The notes under the pieces are model-generated. The model was given only the letters and a program-made list of their open reading frames with translations. It searched no databases and was not told the origin of the DNA. Shown piece after piece: positions 1-9,719 of a DNA stretch of 64,000 bases; within the stretch, counting starts at the first letter, position 1, and each line of letters begins with the position of its first letter. The DNA comes from Chrysemys picta bellii (lineage: Eukaryota), in assembly GCF_011386835.1 (NCBI RefSeq), contig NC_088794.1, forward strand, positions 2,976,001-3,040,000, given 5' to 3'. The position numbers and the translations under genes are program-made.

Positions 1-397
1 AGCATTACCTCATTGCCGTCCCAAACGGACCCAAAGGAAGGGGGGTGACTCACTCGAGAGTCCAATACATCCTTTGTTGCTGCCTAGGCCAGTGTCCTTT
101 GTTTCTGTGAGGCTGGGCTGGGTTTGTCCCATATGTGCCCTGATGAGGTGTGAACTGTCCCTCTGCTCCTGGAGGGTTTTGCCTGGGCTTGTTTTAAGCC
201 ATGAGGACACATTTTCAGCCTCATAACAATATACATGAAATTACAACCTATAACATCACTATAACAACCATGCTCAGTGCATCATGAGCCTTCTGAAGAC
301 ACCCGAAGTGACAAACTTTGCATTGGGTACCACACAATCATTTTACAAAGATGAACATGGGGGTGCAGGGTGTTCCCCAGAGGTACAGAGCATCACA
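1..397 (-). mobile_element. LTR fragment (ERV/Gypsy-type), truncated by the window edge
   Basis: The minus strand starts TGTGATGCTCTGTACC..., a TG terminus resembling turtle LTR families as I recall them. No coding potential. Confidence 0.5.
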
Positions 398-399
398 CA

Positions 400-530
400 C
401 CCCCTCTTATATATCCCCCCTACTCTCATCTACCCACCCATCTATCCATCCATCCACCCCCTGTACATACCCACCCACCACCTAATGTACCCACCCACCT
501 CTCATCTACCCACCCATCTATCCATCCATC
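400..530. repeat. Degenerate (CCAT/CCAC)n low-complexity tract
   Basis: Repeated atccatcc/acccaccc units; a similar tract lies at 2390-2460. Confidence 0.7.
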
Positions 531-689
531 CAGTGTTTTTCCCAGGAATTGAAATGGGGGGAGGGATGTTTGAATTTACAGGGTGGAGGGGTCAGGGTCG
601 ATGAGGGATGAGACCGTGAGGGTGAAGGTGGACTGTATGGCACCACAGTAAAAACTGAAAAATGTTTCATGACCATTTTATTAGATTTA

Positions 690-2330
690 ACTCATGTTTT
701 AAAATCATCACACAAATTAAAGTTGGCTACTCAAGCCTTCTATGAAGCACGACATCTACATCCTTCTTGGTTTCTTGTTATAATTTTGCACAACTCTGTT
801 AATGAACTTCTTGAAAGCAATGCGTTCATCTTTGGTGGTGTCTCGGGTGTCCGGTACTTCAATTCCTTCAATTGAGATGCTCGTTAGTTCATTCACATGA
901 TTAGGCAGAAAGCGACTTCTTTCAGAACACAAAATTCTATTCAGTGATGAAAAAGAACGCTCAGCTGTAGCTGTTGTGACTGGGAGTAGCAAAAGACGAA
1001 TTCCGACTTTTTTCATCCCAGGAAACAGAGCACAGAGATCGGGTCGAGCCACTAGTGATGATAAAAAAGAAGTTGAAGTCAAATCTTCATTCATTCGTTG
1101 TATGATTTTCCACTCTGTGTTCAAATTCTCTATTCTGTCCTGAGCACATGGCAGCCCCATTGCTGGTAGTGCCTCACTCCACTCAACTGTCGATGTTTTA
1201 TAAGACAGGAATCTGTAAAAGCTACGTAGACGTTGAGTAGAATCTAGAAGTTGCTGTTGTAGAGTTTTAAGAATCAAGTCTGTACTTTTTCAGTTGTCTT
1301 AACAAACACTTCTTGTCCTCTTCACTTAAGGATTCAGTATAAATGCCTTCATTAGTCAACTTCTGGACTGAAGTCTTTGCTTCTCCCAGTATGTTTTCAA
1401 TGGATAGCTCTCGGATTGATCCAAACGTAGCTCCTATTGCTGGACAAAGATCTCCTACTGTTGTAGCAGATGCCTGGATGGCCTTGTGTAATGACCCAAG
1501 TGGTTTCCACAGTAGACTTACGAGAGAGAGAGAACGGCAATAGTCTTCTCTGAACATAGCAGCAAAAGGAATCCACCGACCTCACTCCTTAGATCCATCC
1601 CATCTTGGTAGATACTTTCCAAAGCCAGTAATAACGGCTGGAGTCATTTTAAGACAACAGCCAAGGATCGCTCATGAGAAAGCCAGCATGTTTTCCCAGC
1701 TTGGACTAATTTGAACTTCAGTCCCAGCGTATCTTCTCTATTTTCCAAGATATTCAGTCTTTTTGGACTCTTGCTGAAAAAAGAATATAAGGAAGACATT
1801 AAATTTATAGCTTTTTAAATGCCTTTTGAAGAGTCTGCAGCTCGTACTAGCGCTAGGTGGAGTAGATGGCCTCTGCAGTGTGTATAGGAGAGATCAGGGT
1901 TACACTTTTCTCTGAGCTAAGCCTGTACTCCACCATGTCTTCCAGAGAAGTTTGCAGCTCCATCAAATGCACAAGCAGCCATCTGTTTGGGGTCCAATAG
2001 ACAAGCATTTAACTGAAGACAGATAGTGAGCATTTGCTGGTCTTGTTCGGAACCAGTGTTCAACTTCAGGATGAACAAGTGACAATGCACTTAACATTGG
2101 CCTCCAGTTTGTAGTGTGTGGTATCTCTTGCTTAACTAGAAAGTAGGATGCCACAGCCATGTGTGTTCGCATGAACTGTGTTGTGTCTCCAGCATTCTTA
2201 AATCCATGATCCTTTTTCAGATACACGTATTTTATCATACACATGCTTTTGAAGTGTGTATTAATGTTTCAATTTCAATTCAAATTTCCAAACAATCACT
2301 ACATTGGCAAAACTGCATGTAACTAGTCCA
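690..2330 (-). mobile_element. Degraded hAT DNA transposon, ZMYM1-like transposase with C-terminal dimerisation domain
   Basis: ORF 756-1277 contains LLLLPVTTATAERSFSSLNRI, the hAT dimerisation motif. Further in-strand fragments at 1267-1557 and 1963-2244 are separated by stops, frameshifts and a deletion. Confidence 0.85.
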
Positions 2331-2489
2331 CAAAACTGGGGGGGGGAGTGTTGGGGAAATTCGGGTGTGTGTGTGTAGGGAAATCCCTGCATCCATCCAC
2401 CCCCGTATATACCCACCCACCTCCTTATGTACCCACCCCTCTATCCATCCATCCCCCCCCTATCGATAACCCTGCCCCCCACGCAGCCC

Positions 2490-2750
2490 CTTTATCTCTC
2501 CCTCGGACCCTTGGCCGGTGCTGGGTGCGGGGGGGCGCTCGGCGCGGGGGAGGGCGGGGTGTCCCCAGCGGAAGCTCCGCCTCCTCCCGCCCCTCCCCCC
2601 TCCGGCGGCCGCTTCCCCTTTAAAAACTCCGCCCGGGACGGGAGAACCCAGCCCGGCTGCTCCCGCCCCGCCCCGCCCGGCCCTTCCCCCGCCGCGGCTG
2701 CCGGAGCCGCGCACCCGGGCATCCGCTGCGAGCTCCGCAGGTTCTAGCCC
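2490..2750 (+). promoter_or_regulatory. CpG-island promoter / probable 5' end of the ORAI gene
   Basis: CpG-rich, GC boxes (ccgccccgccccgccc) and TTTAAAAA at ~2620, about 1 kb upstream of the ORAI ATG. Confidence 0.55.
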
Positions 2751-3330
2751 CGCTTCCTCGGGACCCCCGGGCCCTTCCCTCTCCCCCCCCCCCCGGACAG
2801 CGCCTCCCCCCCCCCGCACTTCCCCCTTGGGCTTCCCGGGACAGGGACCCCCGGGCCCTTCCCTCTCCCCCCCCCCGCACTTCCCTCTGCTCGCCCCCCC
2901 CCCGCACTTCCCCCTTGGGCTTCCCGGGACAGGGACCCCGCGGGCCCTTCCCTCTGCGCCCCCCCCTCGGGACAGCGCCCCCCCCCGGGACAGCACCCCC
3001 CCCCGCACTTTCCTCTGCCCCCCCCGCTCGGGACAGCGCCCCCCCCCCCGCACTTTCCTCTGCTTCCCCCCCCCCCCGGACAGCGGCCCCCCCCCGCACT
3101 TTCCTCTGCTTCCCCCGGCCGGCACAGCGGCCCCCCCCGCACTTTCCTCTGCTTCCCCCCCCGGGACAGCGCCCCCCCCCGCACTTTCCTCTGCTTCCCC
3201 CCCGGCACTTCCCCTTGGGCTTCCCGGGACAGGGACCCCCCGGCCCCCTCCGATCCCGGGTCCCCCCGGCCCCTTCCGGCAGGGACCCCTGGGCCCTTTC
3301 CTCTGCCCCCCCCCCCCCCCCCGGCACTTC
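2750..3330. repeat. C-rich minisatellite (ccccgcactt[t/c]cctctgc...gggacag units)
   Basis: Directly visible repeated units; accounts for the overlapping Pro/Gly-rich ORFs. Confidence 0.85.
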
Positions 3331-3783
3331 CCCTACTCCTTTCCCTCTGCTTCCTGGTACAGCTCCCTACCCCCACCCCTCCTCTTCCTCTGCCCCCCTC
3401 CCAAACTCCCCCCCCACCTTCCCCTTAGACAGCCCCTCCATCCCCTTTCCCTCAGATTCCCTCCCCCACACCCTGGGCTCTCTGGTTGCCCCTCCCCTGT
3501 GTGATCCCTGCCCCTGGAGGTCTCTCCCGTCCCCCCACAGGTTCCCCCTTCCTTGACCAGGGCATCCTGGTCCCCCATTTCCCCTCCCCTGCCTGAGGTC
3601 TCCCAGCCCCCTGTGCCTTCCCCTGGATACTACCCTCCCCTCATTGGCCCTGGGCGATCTGTGACCTCCCCCGCAGTCTGCCTACCCCCCCATTGTCTGC
3701 CCCCCCCATTGCACCTCTCTCCCCGCCCCCATTGCCTAGGTCTCCTCTCCCCGCCAAGCGGCGGATCTTACCGCCCGGTCCCG

Positions 3784-4032
3784 ATGCAGGCCGGCGGGGG
3801 TGCCGAGGGGGAGCTGGGAGGCGAGGGGGAGCGGGAGCCCCTGAACCCGGAGGCGGCGGACACACTGGGGGTCTCCCCCACCTACCGGGAGTTTGTGCGG
3901 CACAGCTACCTGGAGCTGATGGGTGCCAACCAGCACTCGCTGCACGCCCTCAACTGGCGACGTCTCTACCTCAGCCGGGCTAAGCTTAAGGCCTCGAGTC
4001 GCACCTCAGCCCTGCTCTCCGGCTTCGCCATG
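3784..4032 (+). CDS. ORAI3: CRAC channel subunit ORAI3-like, coding exon 1 (83 codons)
   Basis: MQAGGG...EPLNPE...[51 protein letters not shown] followed by a GTGAGC donor. The N-terminus resembles human ORAI3 (PLNPE...[21 protein letters not shown]). Confidence 0.9.
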
Positions 4033-5729
4033 GTGAGCGGACCCCGGCGTCCGGGTGCCCAGCACCCACTAGGCTCCACTTCCCTCCCAGAGCTGGGGAG
4101 AGAACCCAGGAGTCCTGGCTCCCAGCCCCTCCCTGCTCTGACTCCCCTTCCCTCCCCAGAGATAGAACCCAGGCATCGGGGCACCTAGCCCCCCACCTCA
4201 CCTGCTCTAACCACTGGACCCCACTGCCCTCCCACAGCTGGACATGGAACCCAGGAGTTCTGACTAGCTATAGCGGTGTTGGGGGGGGGGGCGGGTCAGG
4301 GCAGTTAGGAAGCCCCTCTAATCTACATCCCTTACTAGAGTTTAGTACCCAGGGTAGGGCCCAGCCCCAGGGCTGGGGAATAATTCACTGAGGACATGGA
4401 ACCAGGACTCCTGGGTTCCATCCCTGGCTCTGGCAGGGGAGTGGGGTCCAGTGGTTAGAGCGGGGGGGCCAGGAGGACTGTCACACAGGCCCACATCTAC
4501 CCCTCCTCCTCCAGCTAGCCTGGTAACCGGTAACCTCGTTTCCTTCCCCTCAAGGCCAGAGTTGTGGCCACTGCCCACGTGTTGATTGTGGTTAATTGGC
4601 CCCAGGGCAGTGGCATGTGCCAGCGGATGTGACACTGTCTCAAACCTGGCAACAAGATAAGACCTCTCTTCCTGCCCCCCCAGCTCTGCCGGTGCCCCTC
4701 ACTCCTGACCCACAGTCCCCTGCCAGCCCAGCTCTGCCCCCCCCCGCTCTGCCGGTGCCCCTGATCTTTCCCCTTCAAGGCCCTCCTGTCTCTCTGGGAA
4801 GATAATTTTGCTTCCACCCATCCCCAGGCGAAATTCCAGCCCTGGGGATGATCTCACTCCTGTAACCGCAGCAACTGATTAGGATGGAACCTACTGCTGC
4901 AGCCTGGGGATGGGGTCTGGAGCCTCTCCCCTCTAGGGGGCACCAGCTCTTATCCAGCCCCCTGGGTGTGGGTGTTGGTTTGTTGGCCCGTTGCTCTGAC
5001 CCTGTTAATTAGATTGAGGAGGCCTGACTGCCAATTCCCAGCCGTGCCAGCCTGTGCCCAGCCCCCAGTCTGGGAAACACCTGTGCTCCTGATCCCCTCT
5101 AGTAGGGGGCAGCGCTGCCCACACAACCCCTCTCCCAGAGTCGGGGATCGAACGCAGGAGTCCTGGCTCCCCAGTCCCGTGTTCTGGCTTCCTAATTACT
5201 CCCCTCTTGCCCTGGGGTGGGGTTAGATCAATCTGGAGTTGTGACCCCTCTGGCACTGTGAGGGTTAACTGCCCCCTTCCCTTCTGGGGGCCAGGATGAA
5301 GGGCCCAGGATGGCGGATCCCTTACCCCTGCCCACTGCCCCCCCTCTTGGGCTTAATTCCTGGCAATGTCTTCTTCAGGCCCTCTGGCGCTGCCCCATGA
5401 ATGTGACCCCGCCTCTTCTCCCTGGCCCTGCTTTGCCCCTGAGCTGGGCCAGGCTCTGAGACCCACTTTGTGCCCCCTGCCAAGCCCCCCACTCTCCGCA
5501 GCAGTCCGAGCCCCCCCACCCCAACCCTGCCACAAGGGTTAAACGCAAGCTTTATTATGCTGCCCTCCTGCCTCCGTTCCCCTGTCTGAGACTGCCTTAA
5601 ACACAGTGACTGAGCTGTCAGAGCTGGGGAAATATTTGGTGTTTGCTGAGCCCGCCCTGCACCCCAGAGCAGTGGGAAAGGAATTTGGCTCCAGCTGTGA
5701 TGTGTTAAAGGAGTGGGGGAGGGGACACA

Positions 5730-5990
5730 GGGCCTTTCCCCTCTAGGGAAGGCTGGCTTGGATCTGGGCCCAGGGTGAGGACTGGCTGGCTCAGGGGATG
5801 GGGAATGGGACCTGGGGCCTTTCCCCTCTAGGGGGCGCTGGCTCTGATCTGGGCCCAGGGTGGGGACTGGCTGGCTCAGGGGATGGGGAATGGGACCTGG
5901 GGCCTTTCCCCTCTAGGGGGCGCTGGCTCTGATCTGGGCCCAGGGTGGGGACTGGCTGGCTCAGGGGGGTGGGGAATGGGACCTCACACG
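5730..5990. repeat. ~85-bp GC-rich tandem repeat (ggcctttcccctctagggggcgctggctc...), 3 copies; family is dispersed through the window
   Basis: Visible tandem copies; related single copies at ~8860-8990, 15430-15550, 19790-19930, 27040-27200 and 53830-54030. Confidence 0.85.
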
Positions 5991-6032
5991 AGCCAGGAGT
6001 GGGGCTGACGGTGTCTCCGGCGCCCCCTGCAG

Positions 6033-6530
6033 GTGGCGATGGTGGAGGTGCAGCTGGAGGACTATGACTACCCGCCGGGGCTGCTGATCGCCTTCAGTGC
6101 CTGCACGACGGTGCTGGTGGCCGTGCACCTCTTTGCCCTCATGGTCAGCACCTGCATCCTGCCTAACATCGAGGCCGTCAGCAACATCCACAACCTCAAC
6201 TCGGTCAACGAGTCGCCCCACGAGCGCATGCACCGCTACATCGAGCTGGCCTGGGGCTTCTCCACCGCCCTGGGCATCTTCCTCTTCCTCACCGAGGTGG
6301 TGCTCATCTGCTGGGTCAAGTTCATGCCCGTGGCCGGCGGCGGCTGGGACGCCGCCGTGGCCTCCACCGTCATCATGGTGCCGGTGGGGGTGGTGTTTGT
6401 GGTGTTCGCCCTCCACTTCTACCGCTCGCTGGTGAGCCACAAGACCGACCGGCACCAGCAGGAGCTGGAGGAACTCAGCAAGATTAAGTACCAGCTGGAC
6501 GGAGAGGCTACCGCGGTGCAAACTGTGTGA
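6033..6530 (+). CDS. ORAI3: ORAI3-like coding exon 2 (TM1 end to C-terminus, stop at 6528-6530)
   Basis: cctgcag acceptor, phase 0. VAMVEVQL (pore Glu), [38 protein letters not shown]. Joins exon 1 in frame to give 248 aa. Confidence 0.92.
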   Translation: MAMVEVQLEDYDYPPGLLIAFSACTTVLVAVHLFALMVSTCILPNIEAVSNIHNLNSVNESPHERMHRYIELAWGFSTALGIFLFLTEVVLICWVKFMPVAGGGWDAAVASTVIMVPVGVVFVVFALHFYRSLVSHKTDRHQQELEELSKIKYQLDGEATAVQTV

Positions 6531-8146
6531 GGCCGGATCCGGCTCCTGACCGCAGGGGGTGCCTGGAGCTGGCCGGTTCCCCCGGCTGCCCCGGGGATGG
6601 CCAGAAGACGTTAGCGGCTCCCCCGAGCGGAGGCTACTTGAGCCAGACAGGAGAGACAGCTGCTGGCTGGGGGCTAATCCACAGCTGGGGTCATTCCCAG
6701 CCATCGTCTCCTCCTGCCTCTGCTGCTTTCGGGCTGGGTTTTCTGTCCCTCGCCACCTCAGCCGTGGGGGAAGTGGGGCTGGTTTGTCCGGCCTGACCAG
6801 GCACTGCCCAGGAGAATCGCTCCCTGTCCCCTCTCCTTCCCGGCCATGCTTCCCCTGCTGAGGCTGTGGTAATGACGCCCAGCCGGCAGCTCGTCCTGGG
6901 GGGTGGGGGGTGCTGTGTGGGGCACACAGGTACAGATCGGGGAAAGTGTAGACACAGATACGGCCAAGCTGGGGTCTGCAGTGGGGCATACGCACAGATC
7001 TGGGGCTCAGCCACCATTCGGGTACAGCAGTCCCGGAGCTGGGGTAGATGGGGTGTGGTGGGGGTTATTCTCAGCCATGTTGCCTCAGCGCTGCCCCCTA
7101 GTGGTCGATCTCGGCATCGACGGCCTCTCCAGCCTTTGGCGGCTATGGGAGTGGGGCGCTTGTCCCTGGGCTGAGAGCCAGTCAACTCATGTCCTACCAA
7201 CCCCTCAGCCCTGTACCGGAGGGCAAGGCCCCGTGTCCCTCTAAGCCAGCCAGTCCCTCTCCCCGGGGCTGGATCGGCACCAGTGCCCTGTGTCCTCTTC
7301 CCCACTGGTCATTAATGACTGACTAGCTGATATAGCGACCTTTGCTCTCTAACTACGGTCAGAGCTCCACTGCAGAGAACAAAACAGTAGCTAGCATTAA
7401 TGTAGGCCCTCTGATAATATGGTCCATTCCCTGTCCCAGCAGAGGACAACACCCCTTGCTAAACCAAAACAAAAGCCAGTTCTGTAGGACCTATAATGTC
7501 TTGTGCTTGGCTTCTATCAAGCAGGAACAGGTACTTAAGCAGAGCAAAACAGACTATATTTTTGTAGGACCTACGATATGTGGCATTGATTGCGGATGGG
7601 AGGGGAGCCCATCTTGCTTGCCGAATCAGTGTTTTTGGTAGGACCTGTAATAATGTGGTGTTGCAGGTCCAGCCAGCTGCTTAACTGAAACAGCCAGCCA
7701 GTGGTCTTTTTTTTTTTTTTTTTTTTTTTTGGGGGGTAGGGCCTATAATATGTTGTCACACATTCAGCCAATGTGCAGGCAAGTAGCTTAATGGAAACAA
7801 ACTGCCAGTGCTTAGTTGGAGGGCCTATAATATTGTGTACTCTGCCCTGCAGGGTGGCGAGCAGAAATGTGTGGTTTAGCTGGAAGGACAGAACCTTTTG
7901 CAAGAGAGCCAGAGACCTTATTAACGTCTGCAGAGCAATTCACAGCCATACTGCAGTGCCTTATAATCACCAGCAGCCTGGTGCTTGGAGGGGAGTGGGG
8001 TCTAGTGGTCAGAGCAGGGGGGTGCCTGGCCCCTCTGATGCCGACAGTGCGATCCCGCACCAAGGATTGTGGCTGGCTCCAGCCCCCTGGGGTCTGCTGG
8101 TGGATTTTCTGGTCTTTTTGTGCCTGTCATTTTTTTGCAGTTTGTA

Positions 8147-8152
8147 AATAAA
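8147..8152 (+). terminator. Probable ORAI3 polyadenylation signal (AATAAA)
   Basis: First AATAAA downstream of the stop, followed by a GT-rich sequence; implies a ~1.6-kb 3'UTR. Confidence 0.6.
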
Positions 8153-9294
8153 CGATTGTCTTTGGCAAAGGGCCCGGCTGGGGACAGTTATTTGCAGGGG
8201 CAGCCCTGGGGCGATTGTAGATGCAGGTGGTTCTCTGGTGGCAAAGCGGTCTCTGACTAACAGCTGGACCCACATGCATGGCCCTGACTCCCTCCACGAG
8301 AGGGGCTGGGAGCCAGGACTCCTGGGTTCTCTCTCTCCATCTAGGATGGGGGTGGGGGTTATTGGGTTCTCGCAGGGGGAGCCCACATCTCTCCCACCCC
8401 ACCCCAGACTGAGCCCTGAGTTGGGACAGACTCTGATGCCCCCTGTCCCCGATTCAGAATAAACATTTACCCTGCCTGGAAGCAGACACTGCTGGCCAAA
8501 GAGGGAGCGGGGAAGCTGGGCCCAGGGCCAGAGCAAGAGGGGCCAGGCTGCCTCTGCCACAGGCTGCAATGAGCCTGGCATAGGATAGGAGTGGATGTTG
8601 CCATCCCAGCCTCGCCCAGCAGGGGGCACTGTGGGGAGCAGGGCAGGAGCGCTGGCGGTGGGGGGTGCTCCTAGCTACTCCAGGCCCAGCCTTTCCCAGC
8701 AAGGGGGTGTTGGTGAGACTCAGGGAGGGGCAGGTTTAGGGTGTGCCTGGTTTTAGGGACGCCATGAACCGAAACCCCCAGGGCTGAACTCAGGTCTGGA
8801 CTAGTCAGGGGTGGAGAAAATGAATTAATAGCTGTTCAGTGTGAAACTTTAGCTGGGGAATGGGATGCGGGCCCTTTCCCTTGTAGGGGCCCCAGCTCCC
8901 ATCTGGCCCCAGGGGGTGAGGAATGGGCATGGGGCCTTTCCCCTCTAGGGGATGCCAGCTCCCATCCTAGCCTCTGGCTGGGAACCAGCTGGCTCAGGGC
9001 CAGAGGTAACCCCAAAGGACAGAAAAGTTTGTAGGTAGCAAGCTAGTTTTAAGCTACGTCTGAAATATCTGGGTGACTGCTGCCCTCTGGTGGGGGAAGT
9101 GAGCCATTTACACCAGGGGATTGTCGAGGTGACCTGCAACAAGGAAAATCAAATGCAGTGTTGCTATTAGTTATTTCTACTTCATCTCATTCTCTGTCGT
9201 GCCATGTTTCCTACGGGCCCTGACTGAGGTCAGGATCCCTGTCCCAGAGAGCTCGTGTTCTAAATAGATCAAGGTAGGATCATTCCTCCCACTT

Positions 9295-9410
9295 CAGATG
9301 GGGAAGCTGAGGCCCAGAGAGATTCAGTGATTGGCTCAAAGTCCCCGAGGGAGGCTGTGGTGGAGATGGACATAGAACCTAGCTGTCCAGTGTCTTCACC
9401 ACAAGAATGA
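9295..9410 (+). mobile_element. MIR-like SINE fragment
   Basis: gggaagctgaggcccagagagattcagtga...tagaacc resembles the MIR core. Confidence 0.6.
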
Positions 9411-9429
9411 CCGTCACAATGGGTTTGTG

Positions 9430-9719
9430 TAGGGTGACCAGATGTCCTGATTTTATAGAGACAGTCCTGATGTTTGGGGCGTTTTCTTATACAGGTGCCT
9501 ATTAGAATATCAGGGTTGGAAGGGACCTCAGAAGGTCACCTAGTCCAACCTCCTGCTCAAAGCAGGGCCAATCCGCAGACTTTTTTTTACCCCAGTTCCC
9601 TAAATGGCCCCCTCAAGGATTGAACTCACAACCCTGGGGTTAGCAGGCCAGTGCTCAAACCACTGAGCTATCCCCTCACCCTTGTCCTGATTTTTCACGT
9701 TTGCTATCTGGTCACCCTA
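9430..9719. mobile_element. Non-autonomous hAT (Blackjack-like) MITE
   Basis: TIRs TAGGGTGACCAGAT (9430) and ATCTGGTCACCCTA (9719). Imperfect 8-bp TSD ggtttgtg / tgtttgtc. Confidence 0.8.
9504..9674 (-). mobile_element. Tortoise-type tRNA-derived SINE with CR1 3' tail, nested in the MITE
   Basis: Minus strand reads gggatagctcagtggtttgagc...gtgagttcaatcc (A and B boxes), then the CR1-like tail ggttggactaggtgacc...ccttccaaccctgatattct. Confidence 0.85.

Noticed and set aside
2460-3556. Several 200-330-aa Pro/Gly-rich ORFs on both strands
   Set aside because: Translations of a C-rich minisatellite with few stop codons.
5961-6995. 344-aa minus-strand ORF
   Set aside because: Antisense shadow of the GC3-rich ORAI3 exon plus UTR; no independent domain.
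7370-7850. CRISPR-like appearance
   Set aside because: Vertebrate DNA, degenerate repeats, variable spacing and no cas genes. Kept only as an unexplained repeat-spacer array.
9600-9674. tRNA-like A/B boxes here and at 49182-49260
   Set aside because: These are SINE heads followed by CR1 tails, not tRNA genes.
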